DNA of 17,492 bases from Candidatus Heimdallarchaeota archaeon (GTDB lineage Archaea > Asgardarchaeota > Heimdallarchaeia > Heimdallarchaeales > Heimdallarchaeaceae): NCBI GenBank assembly GCA_030668825.1, contig DAOVET010000049.1, positions 1 to 17,492 on the forward strand. The letters run 5' to 3'. The notes under the pieces are model-generated. The model worked only from the letters and a program-made list of their open reading frames with translations, had not been told where the DNA came from and did not search any database. This document shows, piece after piece, positions 8,176 to 16,426 of the stretch. Position numbers and translations under genes: made by a program. Each line of letters begins with the position of its first letter. Positions within the stretch are counted from its first letter, which is position 1.

Positions 8176-8727
8176 TTATCTTCCTGCTCGTTTCAAAGTT
8201 TCATTTTTTATTGCATTTCCTAGAAGAGTTTTAACTAATCCCCCTACTCCTTCTCCAGTTAATGCAGATGTTTCAAGATATCTACAGCCTAGTTTTCTAG
8301 ATATTCTTTTTGCATCTTCTCTTAAAACTTCACGTTTTGCATCAGTTTTATTACCAACAATTGTAATATCTAAATCAAGATTTTGTTGTCTAAGTTCCCT
8401 AATCCAGTTTGCACACTCTTTGAATGATTCTCTCCTAGATACATCAAAAATAATTGCTGCAGCATTGGTTCCTGAATAAAGAAGATTCCTGACTACTCCA
8501 AATCTTTGTTGTCCTGCCATATCGTAAAACAGTGCTACTGCTTTTCCTTTGCCTGTTTTAAATGAATAAGTGTGGAATTCAGCTCCTATAGTTGGCTTAT
8601 AATGTTTTAGAAAAATATTTTCTGTTATTCTTTTGCAAATTGTTGTTTTTCCCGATCTACCAGGACCACATATGGCTAACTTGTAAATATCGTAATCTCG
8701 AAATTTAACTTCCACTTTAGAATTCAT
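8176..8727 (-). CDS. Rab/Ras-superfamily small GTPase
   Basis: G1 GPGRSGKT, G2 PTIG, G3 DMAGQQRF, G4 NKTD, G5 ETSAL; no C-terminal prenylation Cys. Confidence 0.93.
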   Translation of the reverse strand: MNSKVEVKFRDYDIYKLAICGPGRSGKTTICKRITENIFLKHYKPTIGAEFHTYSFKTGKGKAVALFYDMAGQQRFGVVRNLLYSGTNAAAIIFDVSRRESFKECANWIRELRQQNLDLDITIVGNKTDAKREVLREDAKRISRKLGCRYLETSALTGEGVGGLVKTLLGNAIKNETLKRAGR

Positions 8728-8764
8728 GCAGTTAGCACCAAGATAAACCTCTAAAAAATTAATA

Positions 8765-8866
8765 AAAGACGATGTAATACTAAGCGCACATCATGAAACT
8801 TGGTTAAACTTGCCAAAGGCTTTTTAACCGTCGTTTAGGTGGATCCCCTCATGTGCGATGAGGGGA
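8765..8866 (-). ncRNA. Predicted omega-RNA 3' scaffold plus guide, copy 2
   Basis: Perfect 9-bp hairpin TCCCCTCAT-CGCAC-ATGAGGGGA (8866-8844), hairpin 8829-8802, terminal GTGCG (8789-8785) complementary to the loop; predicted guide starts at 8784 (CTTAGTATTACATCGTCTTT). Confidence 0.78.
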
Positions 8867-10778
8867 AAGGATCAGAAGGAAGGAGGAAACCTTGGAGGGA
8901 TGCAATATTTTGAGCAGCATTTTTATGAGTGTTGACACGTTGACCACACTTATTACAAGGGGCAACATCATATTGACCTTTTTGGCGAATAAGTGAACCA
9001 CCACACCTATAATGAATTGAGCTAGTATGATAGGAAGGGACTGCTTCTAATTTTATATCATAACCTAACTCTAGTGAAGCTAACCACACAGCTTTCTTAT
9101 AGATGAACAAACTATCAGGCATGGTGTTAATAGCTCTAGCCAAAGCACCTCTGGTACCAGTGGGATCAGCAGTTAGGCGTTCAATTTTTAACACTTTACA
9201 TTTATTTTTCACCAACACTGCTGCTAGAAAGTGAGGAAGGAGACGGGTAATCTCACGCATGATTCTACTGCGACGAGAATAAACCCGATTGAGTTCACCC
9301 TTGAGTTTACAACTTCCCTGAGTATTATACTCTTTCCGTTTTCTGAGATATCCTCTGTTAAGTTCTCTCAGCACCTTTGTACTGAGATGATTATAGTGAT
9401 TTGCTAATTCTAATAAATCTAGAGGGAGAAAGATTGGAACATTAAATGTCACCATATGTACTCCTAAGCGGTTAATATCTAGTCCTAGAATTGACATTTT
9501 CCTCTTTGCAGGAATATTCGTAAGATAGCGATTAAGAAGCTTAGAAGAATGAAAACAATCCAAAGTTCCCTCAAGAACCACATCTACCCTAGGTTTATAA
9601 TGAGGTGCTTTACCACTGCTTACTTGAAAGATTTTAATATTTGTTCCAGTGTTAATATACTCTAATATTTTTGGTGGAAAGTGAACCTGAGCAGTTAGTC
9701 GCTGTTTTCCCATTCTTGGAAAACCCAGTTCAGTCCAGCTTTGTTTTCTTACTTGTTTTGTCAAATCTTTTGCATTCCCTTGACGGGCTATTACATAGTT
9801 TTTTTTCATTAATAGTTTGATTGGCAATCTTCCTTTCTTTTTACGTTTAAATGGTGGGGGAACAACATTAGCTATAGGGAGAGCCTTAACTAACTGAGGG
9901 ACACTCTGCATATAATGATCAAAGAGTGTGAAAACGACTATCTGCCTAACTGCTGAAAAGAGTTTTCGGGAAGGTTTACCTATGATTGTAGCTAATTGTT
10001 CTGCGAGTTCTTTGAGACTTTTCCATCGAGAAGGTTGAGGACTATTGATCCACGAGGTGAGAAAAGGTATTACAGTATTCTGTTCCTTCTTCAAGAGTTG
10101 GAGTTTATTTAACAATGCTTGCTGATTCTTTGTCAGTTGTGTGAGAATTGAGAATTGATTCTGTTGATAGAACAACACATCATCTAGAGCTTGAAGAACA
10201 TCAGATTGTGAGTATGTTGGAAGGAGAGAGTTGAATTGATGGAAGTTAATGAAATAGCTGTTTTTGTGTTTTTTTCTCCAATAAGAATCGATTTGAGTTC
10301 TCGTACTGGTGAGGAGGTTAATAATATATCTTCTTCTTAGTCTCCAATACTTTTCCAAACTTCTCTCAGTATAAGGTGATCGACCAAAAATTATCCATTC
10401 CACTAACTGTTGAGGATTTTTTTGAATGAACTCTAGTAATCCATGAACTTTCTTTTCCTTGTCCATCTTGCCTTTGATGGCGATATATAACCAATGGAAA
10501 GCACTTTGTGCAATGTTGGGGCTTTTTCCCACAATTTTGCAGAGTTGACTGGTAAAGAATCTTTCTTTCGGATTATTTCTGTACAATTCCACAGCTTGTT
10601 TAATCACTTGAGGAGTAAGTAATTGATGTTGTTGATATTCTAGATCTCTTATCCTCTGGTTTATTTCTTCTCGTTGGGATTGATCTACACACTTCAGCAC
10701 CACTTGATAGCTTCTCATCACTCCTTTAGAACTAGAGGGACGAAGAGCTTGTTGCTTGGTTGCTGTTTGCGTGACCAT
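8835..10778 (-). CDS. tnpB: Large TnpB-family RNA-guided protein (647 aa), RuvC D-E-H variant
   Basis: ILGLDIN, KIERL, HYRC...CNKC and NTHKNAAQNI (H618); colinear paralogue of 4956..6884, roughly 80% identical by eye. Confidence 0.9.
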   Translation of the reverse strand: MVTQTATKQQALRPSSSKGVMRSYQVVLKCVDQSQREEINQRIRDLEYQQHQLLTPQVIKQAVELYRNNPKERFFTSQLCKIVGKSPNIAQSAFHWLYIAIKGKMDKEKKVHGLLEFIQKNPQQLVEWIIFGRSPYTERSLEKYWRLRRRYIINLLTSTRTQIDSYWRKKHKNSYFINFHQFNSLLPTYSQSDVLQALDDVLFYQQNQFSILTQLTKNQQALLNKLQLLKKEQNTVIPFLTSWINSPQPSRWKSLKELAEQLATIIGKPSRKLFSAVRQIVVFTLFDHYMQSVPQLVKALPIANVVPPPFKRKKKGRLPIKLLMKKNYVIARQGNAKDLTKQVRKQSWTELGFPRMGKQRLTAQVHFPPKILEYINTGTNIKIFQVSSGKAPHYKPRVDVVLEGTLDCFHSSKLLNRYLTNIPAKRKMSILGLDINRLGVHMVTFNVPIFLPLDLLELANHYNHLSTKVLRELNRGYLRKRKEYNTQGSCKLKGELNRVYSRRSRIMREITRLLPHFLAAVLVKNKCKVLKIERLTADPTGTRGALARAINTMPDSLFIYKKAVWLASLELGYDIKLEAVPSYHTSSIHYRCGGSLIRQKGQYDVAPCNKCGQRVNTHKNAAQNIASLQGFLLPSDPFPSSHMRGST

Positions 10779-10807
10779 TCTTTCTCATTATCTTATCCAC
10801 AAAAAGC

Positions 10808-10815
10808 TATTTAAA
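10808..10815 (-). promoter_or_regulatory. TATA box of tnpB copy 2
   Basis: AGTTTAAATAGC on the minus strand about 30 nt before ATG 10778, same core as copy 1. Confidence 0.65.
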
Positions 10816-10826
10816 CTTGGTAAAAA

Positions 10827-10937
10827 TCAGTTCTTTGAATGTGTTTTTCCTCTTCTCTGTCTTTTTGTTCTTACTGCGAACGTATCCTATGATTACTTTA
10901 GTCTAATGGTTATCTTCTTCCTCTCACTTATTTTTTG
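10827..10937 (-). pseudogene. tnpA: Highly degraded IS607 tnpA remnant
   Basis: Minus strand reads TKVIIGYVR, +1 frameshift, VRTKRQ (compare the serine recombinase motif IGYARVSTxxQ), joined directly to RRGKTHSKN* (compare copy 1 RQRRGKAPP*). Confidence 0.65.
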
Positions 10938-11059
10938 TACTAAGCGGTTACTTGAAACCATATGTTAATACAATTGTGAGAACATAACTAGGATAATTAT
11001 GCTTTATCAGCCATATTTCTTGCTGAATTCTTAAATAATAATGCTGAGTAAGTTGATGT

Positions 11060-11920
11060 ATGAGTTTTGAGTTCAAGAAAATTGCAGTAATTGGTTCGGG
11101 AACAATGGGAAGCGGTATTGCAATGGTTTTAGCAAAAGCTGGAATTAACGTTAGTCTCCATGATGTAAGTGAAGAATATCTAGAAAAAGGAAAGGAACAA
11201 ATAGATAAATTTCTCAAGGGAAGTGTGAAGAGGGGAAAAATAACAGAGGAAGAAGCCAATCAGGTAAAAAGTAAAATTTCCTTTAATGTTGATTTAGCTG
11301 CATCTACAAAAGATGTTCAATTAGTAATCGAAGCAATCATTGAAGAATCTAAAGAAAAGAAAAAATTGTTTACAGAGCTTGATGAAATATGTGAAAAAGA
11401 TGTCATCTTTGCGAGTAACACTTCTGCAATTAGCATAACTGATCTTGCAATGGTTACGAATAGACAAGAACTATTTTTAGGACTTCATTTCTTCAATCCA
11501 CCATCGTTGATGAAATTAGTTGAAGTAATTAAAGGAAATAAAACAAATGATGAAACTGTTAGTAAAATGATGTCCCTCTGTCAAAAACTGGGTAAAACAC
11601 CAGTACCTTCAAACGAAGCTCCTGGCTTCATTGTTAATAGATTGCTTTGGGTTTTCCTGAATGAATCCTATAGACTAATAGAAACAAAAGTTGCGGAAAA
11701 AGAAGATATAGACACTGCAGTAAAACTTGGACTTAATCATCCAATGGGGCCGTTTGAACTTTCAGATTACATAGGTTTGGATATCATGCTAGATATTGGA
11801 AGTTACATAGCAACTAAGTATGGTGAAATGTATAAACCAGCTCCACTTCTAAAGAAAATGGTTGAAAAGGGTAAATTGGGTAGAAAATCTGGCGAGGGTT
11901 TCTACAAATATTCTTCATAG
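11060..11920 (+). CDS. hbd: 3-hydroxybutyryl-CoA / 3-hydroxyacyl-CoA dehydrogenase
   Basis: VIGSGTMGSGIA Rossmann motif, IEAIIE, ASNTS, GLHFFNP, PGFIVNR, HPMGPFEL, LGRKSGEGFY. Confidence 0.95.
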   Translation: MSFEFKKIAVIGSGTMGSGIAMVLAKAGINVSLHDVSEEYLEKGKEQIDKFLKGSVKRGKITEEEANQVKSKISFNVDLAASTKDVQLVIEAIIEESKEKKKLFTELDEICEKDVIFASNTSAISITDLAMVTNRQELFLGLHFFNPPSLMKLVEVIKGNKTNDETVSKMMSLCQKLGKTPVPSNEAPGFIVNRLLWVFLNESYRLIETKVAEKEDIDTAVKLGLNHPMGPFELSDYIGLDIMLDIGSYIATKYGEMYKPAPLLKKMVEKGKLGRKSGEGFYKYSS

Positions 11921-11953
11921 AATTGATAAGAATAAAGTAAAGGAGTTAATCAG

Positions 11954-12637
11954 TTATCTCCTTCTAAAATACAATAGAAATGCAGATAATCCTGCAATTA
12001 CAGCTGGCACTAAAGCAAAAATAACCCATGCCCATGCCGCGGAAATTGATTTACCCAAATTCCATTGCGGTAAGACAGTGTTTATTGGCGAATCCGCAGA
12101 TATGAAACTAACAAGTATTCTATTTCGATTATGTGTCTCTTGAGGATCTCCCCAATTATCATAATATGTTAAATCTGCATAAGGTATAGAAATTTCTATT
12201 ACACTATCTAATGTCAAATTATAATAAAATATCATACTTGTATTTGGTTCAAGTTGTGTAATATTGAACTCCAAATAATCTTCAGTCATAAATCCATCGG
12301 TGATATTTACTGGTGTGAAATCACATTCTAAAGGAGTTTGTATTGTTGAATTAAGAGTTACATTACCATTTATTAGCTGACCGAGTAAACTTGAATTAAA
12401 AGTCAAAGGAGCTGATTCAGCAAAATTCAAGGAAACGGTTATATTTGTAATCGTGTAATTAAAGTAGTTTTTAATAAAGATACCAACCTCTAAATTAGTG
12501 TTTTCTACAGCTGTTGCATTTACTACAACTTGACCAATTACTAATGTCTGTTCTGGTATATAACTAGTTGTAAAATGAGCACAGAGCAATGATAAAGCAA
12601 GAATGGTTACAAAGAGAATTTTACTTTTCATTTTCAT
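11954..12637 (-). CDS. Type I membrane glycoprotein, TRAP-beta (SSR2)/BatD-like Ig fold
   Basis: Signal peptide, beta-rich ectodomain (AVENTNLEV..IKN, QLEPNTS, ADLTYYD), about 10 N-x-S/T sequons, C-terminal TM helix followed by RRR. Confidence 0.6.
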   Translation of the reverse strand: MKMKSKILFVTILALSLLCAHFTTSYIPEQTLVIGQVVVNATAVENTNLEVGIFIKNYFNYTITNITVSLNFAESAPLTFNSSLLGQLINGNVTLNSTIQTPLECDFTPVNITDGFMTEDYLEFNITQLEPNTSMIFYYNLTLDSVIEISIPYADLTYYDNWGDPQETHNRNRILVSFISADSPINTVLPQWNLGKSISAAWAWVIFALVPAVIAGLSAFLLYFRRR

Positions 12638-12711
12638 TGATTTGTCTCCTTCAGAGCATAAAAAGTAGGAATGTTTTTAACTTTAACTCTTGCTGTCAGT
12701 AAACTACGAGC

Positions 12712-13434
12712 TTACATCAAATTAAGGGTGCTTTGAAAAGCTCTAACTATATCTATATTTTCGATTACTGATGATTTTGCTACTATTTCAGGAAGCTGAA
12801 GATTAATCCAGTTCATAGCATCTTCCATTTTTTTCCGCATACTTGGGTCTGTTATTCGAAATATATCAACAAGTGTATCAAAATTAACATTAGAGTTAGT
12901 TTCGAGTGCTTCTAACCAATTTCGTAGTGTAACAATTCTTTGAGAGGGTAGAATGAACTCAACACTGCTATTGATTCGATTTGTTACTACAACTCCTTTG
13001 ATTTTTACGGGCATAAGTGGAATAAATTGACCCCCTAATTGTGATCGAAAAAGCAAGGAAAGTATTTTTGTTTTGTCATTTATTCGCAATCTAGAGTATA
13101 AATGTTCATAATCAACCAGTGTTGTACCAAAGAAGATTTTGGTATCTCCGTGTTCAATATTCAAAACTGATTTCGATTCTAGGATCATATTGAGATCATT
13201 TGTTTTGAATCTAATTGAAATGATTCGTGGTAAATCTTGAGTTAATTTTTCTAAAACTTTGTCGATGTCACCCTCGATAACTAGATCGTCACCTGATCTT
13301 GAAAAACGAGAATCAAACAAGCGTTTTATTGTTACAGGTTCTTCCTCAAGAGCCGAATATAAATCATTCAGGCTATCTATGTTGAGGGATTTTTGTGATA
13401 TTCTAATCATTGTAGCTTCAGGCAGTGAAAACAC
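12712..13434 (-). CDS. Hypothetical protein
   Basis: 240-aa ORF starting 5 nt after the polB stop (GTG 13434, alternative ATG 13410); no recognised motif. Confidence 0.7.
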   Translation of the reverse strand: MFSLPEATMIRISQKSLNIDSLNDLYSALEEEPVTIKRLFDSRFSRSGDDLVIEGDIDKVLEKLTQDLPRIISIRFKTNDLNMILESKSVLNIEHGDTKIFFGTTLVDYEHLYSRLRINDKTKILSLLFRSQLGGQFIPLMPVKIKGVVVTNRINSSVEFILPSQRIVTLRNWLEALETNSNVNFDTLVDIFRITDPSMRKKMEDAMNWINLQLPEIVAKSSVIENIDIVRAFQSTLNLM

Positions 13435-13439
13435 CCCAT

Positions 13440-16265
13440 TTAACTAAACCAAGAATCAAGAGATTTTTGTCCTTCAATTGATTCTCCCCAGGAAATACCT
13501 ATGGTATCCAACAGCTGTATTAATGTAGATTTAAGTAGTTCTTTAACTTTAGGTATATCCACATCTGATTTTTCAGCTAATTGAATTGGTTTTACAGAAC
13601 ATTCTTTGCTTCGGCTAATTTGGTCTGAAAGCTTAATGGATTGAGCTTGTATCTTAAATGGTTTAGTTTTGATAAAACTAATCAAAGATCCTACAGTTGG
13701 CTTTTCACCATCAGGAAATGCTAACATAAGTTGGATTGCGGCTTGTAATGGTTGGGTCCAACTATCGTATTGCTCAATTTTCTTAGATAGTGTTACATGT
13801 ATTGCTAAATCTTCAAGTTCAAAATTCCTTTTAGATATCTTTTGGTTAACAGCTTGTATTATTCTTATTATCTTCTTCTTAGTTTCTTCTAATTCTTCAG
13901 GGGTTTGAACCCCTGCTAAAATTTCTAAAGCTTTTTCAAATGGTCTTTTTGCTAAAATTGGAGTATTTTTCTTCCTACCCATCAAACCCTTTACTATTGG
14001 ATATCCTTTAGTTGTGATTCCAAAGTAGTTTTTCTTTCTATCTGAAAGTCCACAATAACGGAATACATAATCAGTTCCTAATTCTATCTGAAAGGTTTCC
14101 ATGCTCCATTTTTCCAATTCCTCGATATTTTCAGGGGTTGGTTTGTGTATGAAAATACTATCTGTATCCCCATACAGAACCTGCAATCCTAATTTCTCTT
14201 CGCTATATTTTTTTGTTTTAGAAATTGCTTCTCGAGCAAGAGCCGCAGTTGACTCTGCCACAGGAGGACAATACAAAGCAAAATTATCTGAACCAAAAAC
14301 ACCATAGGAGGCGTTAAGTAGTACTTTTAGAGAAGATTGTATGACATCACTAAGTTTTCTTTCTTCTTCGCTTAACGATGGATCTTTTGCTCTATCTTTG
14401 AACCAGTAAACCCTGATATCCCTTATGAATCCAATTAGCATGGAACTCATACCCACATGCTTTTCACATACCCAATGACTGGTTTCTGGTATTTTATTCT
14501 TCTTGCACTCAATATGATTACAATTCAAAGTTTCATACGATAGATTTCTAGTTTTTATAATGGAAGGATAGAGACTAGCAAAATCCATTACATGAACATC
14601 CCACCATACACCAACTTGTGGATCTATTACAATGGCTCCTTGATACTTCTTTCCTTTAATGATGGCTTCAGTTGATGTACCTCCCTTTAATTGAAGAATA
14701 TCCTCTCTCCTTGGGATTAAATAATTTCTGAGCCTGTGTTCAAAGTACATCCAATTCTGGATCCATATACTGATACTTGCTCGAGTAAAATCATCTATTG
14801 GCATTTTTGTAATTCGAGAAAGCATTACTACTAAGTTAATTACTTGATCATTATTGAAACTGGTTAATTCAAAGGTTATTTCAGAATCTCTTCCATTGTA
14901 TTTAATAAGTTCCTCCAAATCCAAATCCCAAATTTCTTTTTCAAGCTTAAGTTTCTCCTTGCCTAGAATTGTTTTTCCAAGTTCATCAAGGGTTACTCTG
15001 TCGTAAACACCTCCAAATGCATAAATTCGAATGGCGGGTTGTCTAAAAAATCTGTATAAATCAAGATGTATTGAGTGGGAAAGGTAAACGTCCTGAGATC
15101 TTGTTCGTATAAATGGATTCAATTCTTCATCAATGTTAAGTTTCTTCGCTCTATTATCTAAATATAGGAAATCAAAACTATCTCCATTAAATGTAATAAC
15201 AATAGGATATTTGCTCATTTCATCAAAAACTGCTAGAAGCAACTCTTTCTCATCATCAAACTCTTTAACCTTTATTGAAATTTTACTTTTATCTATTTGT
15301 TTTTTTTCTTCATTAAGCACAAAAACAGTGGTTTCTCTTTCTTCATTTGTTAAGCCTATTGAGATTACTTTCTGTATGGCGGCATGAGGATCAGGGATTT
15401 TGCTTTTTTCACTCTCAACTTCTATATCTACTGAACACCTACTTATTTTAGGAATAGGAGCAAAGAATATCGGAAGATACTGCTCAACTAATTGCAAAAT
15501 TTCATGAGATTGTCCTTTAAAGATATCAAGTAAATTGTCTTTAACTTCATTGGATATTTTAGGTTCCACTCTTTGTAGTTTGTTGTTTTTAACTTCATAG
15601 AACAATCCTGGAACTAGTCCATTGTCATAGATATAATTCAAATGATATCTAATGTTAGCTTCAAAAGAGGGGCTGATTTTTTCCCTATAACTATTATCTC
15701 TCCCCCCAATTACTAGCGGGTTTGTTGCAAGTACCTTTGTTAGAGTTAATTCTTTTTCATTAAGTAGACTGTATTTCTTAATAACCTCACAACCGATAAA
15801 CTCTTTTTCATTCGCAAATTTCTTTTCTACTTCAGCTTTACTTACTGTAGTGAGCAAATATGGCAGGTGGTTTGTTGTATCATACCATCTGAAAACTTTA
15901 CCTTGTTCTGGGTTGAACAGTTTTACATATGCCTTCTCTTTTTTACCATCATATTTTACATCAATAAGATAGGAAGGGGATAGATTTTCGGGAGCAAGAT
16001 GAACATAACTGCTTCCCTTTCCTCCAAAGGATTCCTCCTTCGAGTTATTTGCTGGTTTTTTATTTATGTTCAGAGAAGAAGCTCCTTTAGTTGGAGTTGA
16101 TTCTTTATTGTCTTTTATATCAATCCGGGAACTCGAATCTCCTTCTTTCTCATTATTAGAATTTGCTTTGTTTGAATCTTGAATAAAACTCAATAGATTT
16201 TTATTATCATTTTTCACGATAGATCTACTCACTCTTCCATTTTGATGCTCATCTCTAAATTGCAC
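13440..16265 (-). CDS. polB: Family B DNA polymerase (archaeal PolB1-like)
   Basis: Exonuclease motifs DIE, FNGDSFD, YNGRD; polymerase motifs DFASLYPSII, KVLLNASYG, YGDTDS; C-terminal PIP box QKSLDSWF. The N-terminal YDGKKEKAYVKLF...YDTTNHLPYL resembles crenarchaeal PolB1. Start uncertain (GTG, low-complexity N-terminus). Confidence 0.95.
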   Translation of the reverse strand: MQFRDEHQNGRVSRSIVKNDNKNLLSFIQDSNKANSNNEKEGDSSSRIDIKDNKESTPTKGASSLNINKKPANNSKEESFGGKGSSYVHLAPENLSPSYLIDVKYDGKKEKAYVKLFNPEQGKVFRWYDTTNHLPYLLTTVSKAEVEKKFANEKEFIGCEVIKKYSLLNEKELTLTKVLATNPLVIGGRDNSYREKISPSFEANIRYHLNYIYDNGLVPGLFYEVKNNKLQRVEPKISNEVKDNLLDIFKGQSHEILQLVEQYLPIFFAPIPKISRCSVDIEVESEKSKIPDPHAAIQKVISIGLTNEERETTVFVLNEEKKQIDKSKISIKVKEFDDEKELLLAVFDEMSKYPIVITFNGDSFDFLYLDNRAKKLNIDEELNPFIRTRSQDVYLSHSIHLDLYRFFRQPAIRIYAFGGVYDRVTLDELGKTILGKEKLKLEKEIWDLDLEELIKYNGRDSEITFELTSFNNDQVINLVVMLSRITKMPIDDFTRASISIWIQNWMYFEHRLRNYLIPRREDILQLKGGTSTEAIIKGKKYQGAIVIDPQVGVWWDVHVMDFASLYPSIIKTRNLSYETLNCNHIECKKNKIPETSHWVCEKHVGMSSMLIGFIRDIRVYWFKDRAKDPSLSEEERKLSDVIQSSLKVLLNASYGVFGSDNFALYCPPVAESTAALAREAISKTKKYSEEKLGLQVLYGDTDSIFIHKPTPENIEELEKWSMETFQIELGTDYVFRYCGLSDRKKNYFGITTKGYPIVKGLMGRKKNTPILAKRPFEKALEILAGVQTPEELEETKKKIIRIIQAVNQKISKRNFELEDLAIHVTLSKKIEQYDSWTQPLQAAIQLMLAFPDGEKPTVGSLISFIKTKPFKIQAQSIKLSDQISRSKECSVKPIQLAEKSDVDIPKVKELLKSTLIQLLDTIGISWGESIEGQKSLDSWFS

Positions 16266-16325
16266 ACGCTAGTTTTATTATCAGTTAAAGATATCAAATA
16301 TACATTTTGACTATTATTGGTATTA

Positions 16326-16367
16326 AAACCAATTTACATAATCCAATTTACGTAATCCAATTTATAA
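16326..16367. repeat. Three tandem 14-bp units with core CCAATTTA
   Basis: AAACCAATTTACAT / AATCCAATTTACGT / AATCCAATTTATAA, cores at 16329, 16343 and 16357. Confidence 0.8.
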
Positions 16368-16426
16368 ATATGATTTTGTCCTCTAATATTTTATTGGGTT
16401 TAAATATAAAAATCAAGTGTAATTTA

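Larger units (their letters stand above)
8785..10944 (-). mobile_element. Left-truncated and internally deleted IS607-family element, copy 2
   Basis: Homologous to copy 1 from the last tnpA codons (RQRRGK) through the promoter and tnpB to the right end at 8785. Left boundary inferred from the ACCG + duplicated seed at 10948-10938. Confidence 0.82.

Noticed and set aside
4956-10778. Cas12 / type V CRISPR effectors
   Set aside because: No repeat-spacer array or cas1/cas2 in the window; IS607 tnpA remnants and omega-RNA ends indicate TnpB.
4759-10944. Composite transposon carrying cobO and the GTPase
   Set aside because: The intact right ends face inward and both outer ends are truncated; the copies are diverged and look like independent insertions.
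16326-16367. CRISPR array or ORB replication origin
   Set aside because: Units are 14 bp with no spacers and no ORB-like G-string.
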